The translations under genes and the position numbers were made by a program. 64,000 nt of DNA from Phycisphaerales bacterium. Its GTDB lineage: Bacteria > Planctomycetota > Phycisphaerae > Phycisphaerales > UBA1924. This document shows, piece by piece, positions 36,076 to 43,937 of the stretch. The notes below the pieces were generated by a model. It saw nothing but the letters and a program-made list of their open reading frames with translations. It was not told the origin of the DNA and searched no databases. Position 1 is the first letter of the stretch. Each line of letters begins with the position of its first letter. The DNA is taken from contig JBHIWH010000006.1 in NCBI GenBank assembly GCA_041987545.1, positions 100,078-164,077 of the forward strand. Reading direction: 5' to 3'.

Positions 36076-37892
36076 TGGCTTCCGAGGCGTACACGACACA
36101 CGAGCACGACGTGCTGATCATCGGCGCCGGGGGCGCGGGGCTGCGGGCGGCGATCGAGGCGTCGGCCGCGGGCGTCCGGGTCGGTCTGGTGTGCAAGTCG
36201 CTGCTGGGCAAGGCGCACACCGTGATGGCCGAGGGCGGCGTGGCGGCGGCGCTGGCCAACGTGGACGACCGGGACAACTGGCGGGTGCATTTTTCGGACA
36301 CGATGCGGGGCGGGCAGTACCTGAACAACTGGCGGATGGCCGAGCTTCATGCGCAGCAGGCGCCCGACCGGGTCCGCGAGCTGGAGGCCTGGGGCGCCGT
36401 CATGGACCGGACGCCCAAGGGCACGATCCTGCAGCGGAACTTCGGCGGGCACAAATACCCGCGCCTGGCGCACGTGGGCGACCGGACGGGCCTCGAGATG
36501 CTCCGCACGCTCCAGGACCACGGCATCCACCAGGGCATCGAGGTCTTCATGGAGTACACCATCACCACCCTGCTCAAGGACGGCGGGCGGGTGGTGGGGG
36601 CGTTCGGCTACGACCGGGAGCGGGGCCGATTCCACGTCTGGAAGGCCGGCGCGGTCGTGCTCGCCACGGGCGGGATCGGGCGCGCGTTCAAGATCACGTC
36701 CAACAGCTGGGAGTGCTCGGGCGACGGGCACGCGCTGGCGTACCACGCGGGCGCCGAGCTGGTGGACATGGAGTTCGTCCAGTTCCACCCGACCGGGATG
36801 GTCTGGCCCCCGAGTGTCCGCGGCATCCTGGTGACCGAGGGAGTCCGGGGCGAGGGCGGGATCCTGCGGAACAAGGACGGCAAGCGGTTCATGTTCGACG
36901 ACATCCCGGACCTCTACAAGGACCAGACCGCCGACAATGAGGAAGAAGGCTGGCGGTACGTCACGGGCGACAAGGACGCCCGCCGCCCGCCCGAGCTGCT
37001 GACCCGCGACCACGTCGCCCGGTGCATCGTCCGCGAGATCAAGGCCGGCCGCGGCAGCCCGCACGGCGGCGTGTTCCTCGACATCGCGTGGATCAAGGAG
37101 AAGATCCCCAACGCGCCCGAGCACATCAAGAAGAAGCTGCCCAGCATGCACCACCAGTTCAAGGAGCTGGCGGGGGTGGACATCACGGCCGAGCCCATGG
37201 AGGTCGGCCCGACGACGCACTACGTCATGGGCGGCGTGAAGATCGACGGGGACACGCAGATGTCGAGCGTGCCCGGCCTGTTCGCTGCGGGCGAGGTCGC
37301 GGGCGGGCTGCACGGGGCCAACCGCCTGGGCGGCAACTCGCTGTCCGACCTGCTCGTCTTCGGCAAGCTCGCGGGCGAGCACGCGGGCGAGCACGCCAAG
37401 GCCCACGGCGTCGGGCACGTGGACGAGGGCCAGATCGAGGACGCCATGCGCGAGGCGCTCGCCCCCTTCGAGCGCACCGACGGCGAGAACCCGTACGACA
37501 TCCAGCACGACCTGCAGGACATGATGCAGGAGCAGTCGGGCATCGTCCGCAACGAGACCGAGATGGCCAAGGCCGTCGATGGGCTGGCGAAGCTCCGCGA
37601 GCGGGCGTCGAGGGCGCGGGCGGACGGGCACCGGGAGTACAACCCGGGCTGGCACACGGCCCTGGACCTGAAGAACCTGCTGGCCGTCGCCGAGGCGGTG
37701 GTGCGGTCGGCCCTGGACCGGCGCGAGAGCCGCGGCGCGCACTTCCGCGAGGACTACCCGAGCAAGGACGAGGCGCACGGGTACCACAACACCGTGACCA
37801 GCCGCGGCGGCGACGGGCACATGAGCGTCGTGCGGCTGGACATCCCCGAGATCCGCGAGGACCTGAGGCAGATCATCGAGGAGATGGGGTGA
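36075..37892 (+). CDS. sdhA: succinate dehydrogenase/fumarate reductase flavoprotein subunit
   Basis: DVLIIGAGGAGLRAAIEA, HTVMAEGG, FVQFHPTG, GLFAAGEVAGGLHGANRLGGNSL and ESRGAHFREDYP are present. The start was set at MASEAY (36075); the track ORF start at 35082 is an off-target extension over sdhC. Confidence 0.93.
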   Translation: MASEAYTTHEHDVLIIGAGGAGLRAAIEASAAGVRVGLVCKSLLGKAHTVMAEGGVAAALANVDDRDNWRVHFSDTMRGGQYLNNWRMAELHAQQAPDRVRELEAWGAVMDRTPKGTILQRNFGGHKYPRLAHVGDRTGLEMLRTLQDHGIHQGIEVFMEYTITTLLKDGGRVVGAFGYDRERGRFHVWKAGAVVLATGGIGRAFKITSNSWECSGDGHALAYHAGAELVDMEFVQFHPTGMVWPPSVRGILVTEGVRGEGGILRNKDGKRFMFDDIPDLYKDQTADNEEEGWRYVTGDKDARRPPELLTRDHVARCIVREIKAGRGSPHGGVFLDIAWIKEKIPNAPEHIKKKLPSMHHQFKELAGVDITAEPMEVGPTTHYVMGGVKIDGDTQMSSVPGLFAAGEVAGGLHGANRLGGNSLSDLLVFGKLAGEHAGEHAKAHGVGHVDEGQIEDAMREALAPFERTDGENPYDIQHDLQDMMQEQSGIVRNETEMAKAVDGLAKLRERASRARADGHREYNPGWHTALDLKNLLAVAEAVVRSALDRRESRGAHFREDYPSKDEAHGYHNTVTSRGGDGHMSVVRLDIPEIREDLRQIIEEMG

Positions 37893-38653
37893 TGGCCGAG
37901 TCGAGACAGGTCACATTCCGGGTCTGGCGGGGCGACAAGTCCGGGGGCGAGCTTGTCGAGTACGCGACCGGCGTGACGACGGGAATGGTCGTGCTGGACG
38001 CGGTGCACCAGATCCAGGCCGAGAGCGCCCCCGATCTGGCGTGCCGGTGGAACTGCAAGGCGGGCAAGTGCGGCTCGTGCTCGGCGGAGGTCAACGGCAA
38101 GCCCCGCCTGATGTGCATGACGCGGATGGACGAGATCGATACTTCCGCGCCCGTGACCATCCGGCCGATGCAGACCTTCCCGCCGATCCGGGACCTGGTG
38201 ACGGACGTCAGCTGGAACTTCGAGGTCAAGAAACGCATCAAGAAGTTCACGCCCCGCAAGCCCGACAACGCCGACGGCACGTGGAACATGGCCCAGGCCG
38301 ACGTCGAGCGGGTCCAGGAGTTCCGCAAGTGCATCGAGTGCTTCCTGTGCCAGAACGTCTGCCACGTCCTGCGTGAGCACGAGCGGCACCCAGAGTTCGC
38401 GGGCCCCAGGCACTTCATCTACACGGCCCAGCTCGAGATGCACCCGCTGGACACCGAGGACCGCCTGGGCCAGCTGAAGGACGAGCAGAACATCGGGTAC
38501 TGCAACATCACCAAGTGCTGCACGAAGGTCTGCCCGGAGCACATCACGATCACGGACAACGGCATCATCCCCCTGAAGGAGCGGGTGGTGGACGAGTTCT
38601 ACGACCCCCTCACCAGGCTCTTCCGCATCTTCAGGCCCGGGAACACGAAGTAA
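37892..38653 (+). CDS. sdhB: succinate dehydrogenase/fumarate reductase iron-sulfur subunit
   Basis: The Cys clusters are CRWNCKAGKCGSCSAEVNG, CIECFLCQNVC and CTKVCP. The ATG overlaps the sdhA stop (ATGA). Confidence 0.9.
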   Translation: MAESRQVTFRVWRGDKSGGELVEYATGVTTGMVVLDAVHQIQAESAPDLACRWNCKAGKCGSCSAEVNGKPRLMCMTRMDEIDTSAPVTIRPMQTFPPIRDLVTDVSWNFEVKKRIKKFTPRKPDNADGTWNMAQADVERVQEFRKCIECFLCQNVCHVLREHERHPEFAGPRHFIYTAQLEMHPLDTEDRLGQLKDEQNIGYCNITKCCTKVCPEHITITDNGIIPLKERVVDEFYDPLTRLFRIFRPGNTK

Positions 38654-38680
38654 GGCGGGACGGACACGAGGAGGCGGCCG

Positions 38681-39202
38681 ATGGGCGAGCTGAAGCGCAT
38701 CCACCAGGACACGATCCCGCGGGCGATCTCGAAGGCCGAGCGGTATCGGCTGCTGAACGAGCCCTGGGAATCGGAGAGCATCTGCCGGGACATCCTGGCG
38801 GCCGACCCCGAGAACCAGGACGTGCTGGTGCTGCTGCTGCTGTCGATCACGGACCAGTTCCGCCGCCGAAAGGGCGTGGACGAGTCGACGGCCGAGGAGG
38901 TGCTGGCCAAGATCACCGACCCGTACCGCCGCGCGTACTACGGCGGGGTGATCTGCGAGCGGTGGGCCAAGCGGCTGCTGCAGGCGGACTACGGCGCCGA
39001 GGTCGTGCTCGAGCGGCTCCGCCGGGCGATGGACCTGTACACCGAGGCGCAGCGCATGGCGCCCGAGCACAACGAGGACGCGATCCTCCGCTGGAACACG
39101 TGCGAGCGGCTCATCGAGCGGTTCGGGCTCGACGAGGGCGACGCGCGGTCGTGGGACCTGGCGCATATCGAGCACTTCGACGACGAGATGCCGTCGCGGT
39201 AG
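38681..39202 (+). CDS. hypothetical protein (helical, TPR-like feel)
   Basis: This is a 173-aa ORF with normal amino-acid composition, 27 nt downstream of sdhB. No motif was recognised. Confidence 0.55.
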   Translation: MGELKRIHQDTIPRAISKAERYRLLNEPWESESICRDILAADPENQDVLVLLLLSITDQFRRRKGVDESTAEEVLAKITDPYRRAYYGGVICERWAKRLLQADYGAEVVLERLRRAMDLYTEAQRMAPEHNEDAILRWNTCERLIERFGLDEGDARSWDLAHIEHFDDEMPSR

Positions 39203-39223
39203 CCCCGGCGATCGGGTCGGGCG

Positions 39224-40345
39224 TCAGGGGTTCAGGTGGATGCGCCGATGGAGCCGCTGCGTCGCGGCGCGGCGGGCCTCGATCCCGTCGAACACCTCAT
39301 GCAGCGACGGCTGGGGCGGGGGGATCGGGTCGTCCCAGCCCCGACCGGCGGCGGGGCCCAGGGGCCAGCCCGGGTCGCCGGAGTGTGTGCCGAGCAGGTC
39401 GTCGAGCCAGCCGTCGCGCCGCATGTCCGCCGGGACGCCGACGCGTCGGCCCGGTGTCAGCGTGGGACGCGACCGGGGCGGCGTCAGCGCGCCGGGCTCG
39501 ATCTCGAAGCTCGCGAGGAACTCGTCGAGCGAGGGCGCCGGCGCGGCGTCGGCCGCGGCCGGGGGCAGCTCCAGCTTGATCGCCGGCGCCGCGGCCTGGG
39601 TCAGCGCGGTCCCGGTGGCCGGGGCCCGGCTGGTGAGTGTCGCCGGCGTGCTCGCGTTGAGGATCTCCGCCGCGTGCCGCGTGACCGCGACCGAGGTCGG
39701 CGGGAGGATCACGATGCTGCGGCTCAGCCAGTCCTCGCTGACCGGGCCGAGCGCATTCCCGCCCGCGGCCCGATCCAGCAGGCGGATCGCGATGCGCTCG
39801 CGGCTGGCGTCGGAGATCGGCCGCTCGTCGAGCTCGTTCCACCAGACTCTGGCCTCGACGTCGGGCGCGATCGCGAGTCGGGCGGTGATGACGGGTGTCG
39901 GCGCGACGGAGACGAGCGTGCTCGTCGGCGTGAGCGCGAGGGCGAGGAGGGGCACGCCGACGATCGCGGCGGCGAGCCCGAGCCGGCGGACGCGCTCGGG
40001 GTAGACGGGCCGGCCCCTGACCAGCCCGCCGTACCAGCGCCACGGCGCGCCGCACTCGCAGCACGCGGTCACGATCTTCTCGGAGTCGGGGTACGGGTAC
40101 CCGCATCGGCGGCACGAGGGGGTCGAGCCGACGCGGAGCCGGCGCTGCAGCACGAACGCGAGCGGGCCGATGGTCAACGCGAGGACACCGAGCGCGCCCG
40201 GCGCGATCGAGGCGGCGCTGACGAGCATCTGCTCGCCACCTCCCTCCCGCGCGACGACGGTGGCGGCGAAGAAGAGGACGGCGGCCGCGATGGCCGAGGC
40301 CGAGACGGGCAGGATGAGCCGCGTGATCCGCACCGGGGGCATCAT
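39224..40345 (-). CDS. membrane protein with a Cys4 zinc-ribbon-like motif
   Basis: The start was set at MMPPVRITRLILPV. There are two to three TM helices around CRRCGYPYPDSEKIVTACCECGAPW. It is the last gene of the ECF sigma operon. Confidence 0.55.
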   Translation of the reverse strand: MMPPVRITRLILPVSASAIAAAVLFFAATVVAREGGGEQMLVSAASIAPGALGVLALTIGPLAFVLQRRLRVGSTPSCRRCGYPYPDSEKIVTACCECGAPWRWYGGLVRGRPVYPERVRRLGLAAAIVGVPLLALALTPTSTLVSVAPTPVITARLAIAPDVEARVWWNELDERPISDASRERIAIRLLDRAAGGNALGPVSEDWLSRSIVILPPTSVAVTRHAAEILNASTPATLTSRAPATGTALTQAAAPAIKLELPPAAADAAPAPSLDEFLASFEIEPGALTPPRSRPTLTPGRRVGVPADMRRDGWLDDLLGTHSGDPGWPLGPAAGRGWDDPIPPPQPSLHEVFDGIEARRAATQRLHRRIHLNP

Positions 40346-40449
40346 ACCGGGACGCCGCGTCGTCCCCAACGAGAACGCCGCCGCCGACAGAGGAGCGGTC
40401 GGCGGCGGCGTCCGGTGAGGTGGTGGGACAAACCGTGGGCTGGTCCAGC

Positions 40450-41238
40450 TCAGCCGCGGCGGCGGCGCCCGGCGGCGACGACGCCCGCGAGCAGCATCGC
40501 CGAGACCCCACCCGGCGCCGGCGTGATCGTGATCCGGGCGATCAGGTCGTCGCGCCCGAAGGCGGACGTGATCGACCCGCCGTCGGCGGTCGTGGCGCCG
40601 ACGATCGAGTTGAGGTAGTCCGTCGCGCCCGCGCCCGAGAAGAACGCCGTCACGACCCCGCCCTCGTCGGCGCCCAACGTCGCGTCCAGCCCGTCCACGA
40701 ACGCCGCGCCGTTGGCGATGTCGTTGACCTCCGAGCCCGCGTCCCAGACGTCCGAACCGTAGATCTCGATGACCAGGGGCCCGTTGAAGTTGCCCGCGGC
40801 GTCGAACAGCTCGATCGCGCCGTCGTTGCCCACGAACATGTCGTTGCTGGGCACGACCATCGAGGCGTAGCTGAAGAAGCGGTTGACGGTCGGGTCGCCG
40901 ACGCTGAGCGTGGTCGAGGCCGACTCGCCCGGGCTGAACACGGGTGCCCCGTTGGGCTCGGCGAGCGTCGTCTGCACGGCCGAGGCCTGCGCGGCGGTCA
41001 GGGCGCCGGAGACGACGCTCGTGTCGCCAAGCTCGGCGATGGTCATGATCCCCGCCCCGGCGGCGGCGCCGGTGTCGAAGGCGTCGAACGACCCGTCGTG
41101 CAGCGCCAGCCAGAACGGCGTCACCGAGAACCCGCCCGCAGGGGACGTGTTCTCGACGGTGATGCTGACGGTCTGGGCGCTGGCGGCGGGCGCGGCGATC
41201 GCGCCCGCGGCGATGGCCGCGACGATTGAGACTCTCAT
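40450..41238 (-). CDS. spondin_N-like domain protein with a PEP-CTERM-like C-terminal sorting tail
   Basis: The signal peptide is MRVSIVAAIAAGAIAAPAASA. The block SITVENTSPAGGFSVTPFWLALHDGSFDAFD...MVVPSNDMFVGND is typical of bacterial spondin-domain proteins. The C-terminal tail is TPAPGGVSAMLLAGVVAAGRRRRG. Confidence 0.7.
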   Translation of the reverse strand: MRVSIVAAIAAGAIAAPAASAQTVSITVENTSPAGGFSVTPFWLALHDGSFDAFDTGAAAGAGIMTIAELGDTSVVSGALTAAQASAVQTTLAEPNGAPVFSPGESASTTLSVGDPTVNRFFSYASMVVPSNDMFVGNDGAIELFDAAGNFNGPLVIEIYGSDVWDAGSEVNDIANGAAFVDGLDATLGADEGGVVTAFFSGAGATDYLNSIVGATTADGGSITSAFGRDDLIARITITPAPGGVSAMLLAGVVAAGRRRRG

Positions 41239-41336
41239 GTCGATTCCTCCTGTCCGCGTATCTGCACACACACGCACGCCGGACGCGCCCGGCGTGCCCC
41301 GTGGTGAGTCAGCCCCGCGGCGCGGGCCTTGCAGGA

Positions 41337-41633
41337 TCAGTCGAGTTTTTCTCGGGCCTCGTCCAGGGACTTGGCGATCCGCTCCCGCGCGTCGGGCGGC
41401 ATCGGGCCCGCGGGCGTCGCGTCGGGCTCGTCGCGGAGCTCGGCGACGAGGGTGTCCAGCTCACGCAGACGCGCCCGGGCGTGGCGGCAGTTCTTGCACA
41501 GCATCGAGTGGGCCCACTCGCCGAACCGGGCCCCGCGCCGCAGAGGCGCCCCCGAGCGGGAGACCGACCGCACGCGGTCCGCCTCCTCGCACCGGAGCGT
41601 GAGCACGTACAGGATGACGCGGAACCAACTCAT
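41337..41633 (-). CDS. zf-HC2 (ZAS-type) anti-sigma factor, short form
   Basis: The H-x3-C-x2-C motif (HSMLCKNC) is present. The ATG overlaps the stop of the upstream ECF sigma gene (ATGA). Confidence 0.7.
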   Translation of the reverse strand: MSWFRVILYVLTLRCEEADRVRSVSRSGAPLRRGARFGEWAHSMLCKNCRHARARLRELDTLVAELRDEPDATPAGPMPPDARERIAKSLDEAREKLD

Positions 41634-42259
41634 CCGGACCGACCCCCGTCGAGACCACCGCCGAAGCCATCCTCTTCCAGGCCCTCGCGGAGCCGCAGCT
41701 TTGCCCGGTGGATGATCGTCCAGAGGTTGGTCGGCGTGAGACCCAATATCTCACAAACAGACGCCGTGTCCAGCCCATCAAGCTCGCGGAGACAGAACAC
41801 CTCCCGCATCGCCGGGGGGAGCTGGGCGATCCGGTCCAGCAGTGCCCGGCGCAGCTCGGCCCGGTCGGACACGCGCTGCGGGGGGGCGCCCGCGGGCGGG
41901 ATCACGCCCCGCCACTGTCCATCCTCGCGGAATGCCCCGTCGCGCCCGTCGAGCAGCGCGGCGAGATCGCCCGACGCCGGCTGCTCGCGCCGCTGGCGGC
42001 GGAGGGTGTCGAGCACCTTGTGCCGCAGGATCCCGATCAGCCAGGTCCGCTCGCTGGACCTGCCGTCGAAACGGACGCGGGCGGAGATGGCGCCGAGCAG
42101 CGCCTCCTGGACGGCGTCCTCGGCCAGGTCCGGGCGGCCCAGCCGGAGCAGGGCGTAGCGGTACATCACGTCGCCGTGGGCCTCGAGCCAGCGCTCCGGG
42201 TCGGTGGCCCCCGCGGCCGGCGGGGCGGGGGCCTCGGGATACGCGGGCGGCGGGGGCAC
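41630..42259 (-). CDS. ECF (group 4) sigma-70 family RNA polymerase sigma factor
   Basis: Region 2 is VMYRYALLRLGRPDLAEDAVQEALLGA. Region 4 is LPPAMREVFCLRELDGLDTASVCEILGLTPTNLWTIIHRAKLRLRE. Confidence 0.88.
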   Translation of the reverse strand: MPPPPAYPEAPAPPAAGATDPERWLEAHGDVMYRYALLRLGRPDLAEDAVQEALLGAISARVRFDGRSSERTWLIGILRHKVLDTLRRQRREQPASGDLAALLDGRDGAFREDGQWRGVIPPAGAPPQRVSDRAELRRALLDRIAQLPPAMREVFCLRELDGLDTASVCEILGLTPTNLWTIIHRAKLRLREGLEEDGFGGGLDGGRSG

Positions 42260-42359
42260 AGCAACTCAACCGGGCGGGTCGCCGTATTGTTCGATTCCGT
42301 CGATCAACACCGCCACGGGATCGTGGCGGCCCGCCAGGTCCGGCAGCCAGGGAGGCCCC

Positions 42360-43925
42360 ATGAGCCGCACGCCGATCGCCGCACTCGCCGCGTTGACGCT
42401 CTCGGGCGCCGCCCTCGCTCAGCCGATCCGCATCGACGGGCAGTTCGACGACTGGTCGGGCGTGCCCGTCGGGCTGACGGACCCGTCGGGCGATGCGCTG
42501 GGCGCGTTCGACGTGACCGCCGCCCGGGCCGTCGCCGCGGGGACGGTCGTGTTCGTCGAGTTTGATTCGGGCTCGACCATGAACCTGGCGGCGGGCCCGA
42601 CCTCGGACCTGGACATCTTCGTCCGGTTCTTCCTTCCCGGCGATGGCACGAGCGTGTACGTCCGCTTGCACTCCCCGAACCTGATCTATGTGGACGAGGC
42701 CTCGAACCAGCTCGGGTGGGCCGAGGCCGGCTTCGCCGCGGCGCCCACCTACGCCTCCGACCGGTTCGAGCTGTGCATCGACCTGGCCGCGGCCGGGGCG
42801 CAGATGGGCGACGAGGTCCACGTCAGCTTCGGCCCCAACGGAACGGGCGGTCCTTCGAGCGACGACACCGCCTCGTCGATCGTGCTGACGCTCGGCGGCG
42901 ACGAGCCCGGGGGCCACCAGACGCCGCTGGCGCCCGACGCGTGCGCCGCGTGGCGCATCGCGAGCATCAACGTGCTCAACAACGGGCTCACGGACGGCTC
43001 GGCGCGGCTCGCCTCGCTCGTCGATGGCGCCGACGCGGACATCTACTGCTTCCAGGAGGAGTACGGCGCGAGCGCGGGCGACATCGCCGGCGTGCTCGGC
43101 TCGATCGACCCGCACGGGGACGGCGCCTCGTGGAACGCGCACATCGTCAACGACAACGCGATCGCCTCCAGGCGGCCCCTCGTGCCGTTGCCGTCGTTCA
43201 ACTCGAAGTACGCGGGCGCCGTCGTCGTGGGCGACTCGCCCGGGACGTCGATCGCCGTCCTCTCGATCCACCCGAAGTGCTGCGGGTACATCGGCTCGTC
43301 GGAGGACACACAGCGGATCAACGAGACGGCGGGGATGGTGCAGACGATCGAGGCGCTGCGGACCGCGGCCGGCGGGTCCGACCTGGCGCCGTACCGGGAC
43401 GTGCCCGTTCTGGTCGCCGGGGACTGGAACCTGGTGGGATCGAGGACGCCCCTGGACATGCTGACCGCGCCCGCGATCCCGGGCATGGCCCGCCTGGACC
43501 TGCCCAAGCCGGGCGCCGACGACCACGCGACGTGGCGCTCGCTCAGCGCTTCGAGCGGGTTCTATCCGGGCCAGCTCGACCTGATCGCGTACTCGGCAGA
43601 CCGTGTGAACGTGCTCAACGCCTACGTGCTGGACACGGCCGCGCTCGACGCGTTGCAGCTGGCCGAGCTGGGCGTGGGCGCGGACGACTCGCTCGACAGC
43701 GACCACCTGATGCTGGTCGCGGATGTGGCGTACCCGAACCCGGCGGACCTGGCCGAGCCGCTGGGCGTGCTCGACTTCAGCGACGTGGCCGCGTTCCTGT
43801 CCGCGTTCGTCGCGCAGTCGCCCGAGGCCGACCTCGCGGAGCCGCAGGGCGTGTTCGACTTCTCCGACGCGCTCGCGTTCCTCGGGGCGTTCGCGGGGGC
43901 GTGCTCTGGTTCGTCGGCGCCGTAG
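42360..43925 (+). CDS. secreted endonuclease/exonuclease/phosphatase (EEP) family protein with a C-terminal tandem dockerin-like module
   Basis: ggagg lies before ATG 42360 and the signal peptide is MSRTPIAALAALTLSGAALA. The EEP core is WRIASINVLNNG...DIYCFQEE...VAGDWNLVGS...SDHLMLV. The C-terminus is ADLAEPLGVLDFSDVAAFLSAF...ADLAEPQGVFDFSDALAFLGAFAGAC. Confidence 0.8.
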   Translation: MSRTPIAALAALTLSGAALAQPIRIDGQFDDWSGVPVGLTDPSGDALGAFDVTAARAVAAGTVVFVEFDSGSTMNLAAGPTSDLDIFVRFFLPGDGTSVYVRLHSPNLIYVDEASNQLGWAEAGFAAAPTYASDRFELCIDLAAAGAQMGDEVHVSFGPNGTGGPSSDDTASSIVLTLGGDEPGGHQTPLAPDACAAWRIASINVLNNGLTDGSARLASLVDGADADIYCFQEEYGASAGDIAGVLGSIDPHGDGASWNAHIVNDNAIASRRPLVPLPSFNSKYAGAVVVGDSPGTSIAVLSIHPKCCGYIGSSEDTQRINETAGMVQTIEALRTAAGGSDLAPYRDVPVLVAGDWNLVGSRTPLDMLTAPAIPGMARLDLPKPGADDHATWRSLSASSGFYPGQLDLIAYSADRVNVLNAYVLDTAALDALQLAELGVGADDSLDSDHLMLVADVAYPNPADLAEPLGVLDFSDVAAFLSAFVAQSPEADLAEPQGVFDFSDALAFLGAFAGACSGSSAP

Positions 43926-43937
43926 GCTGCCCGCCGA

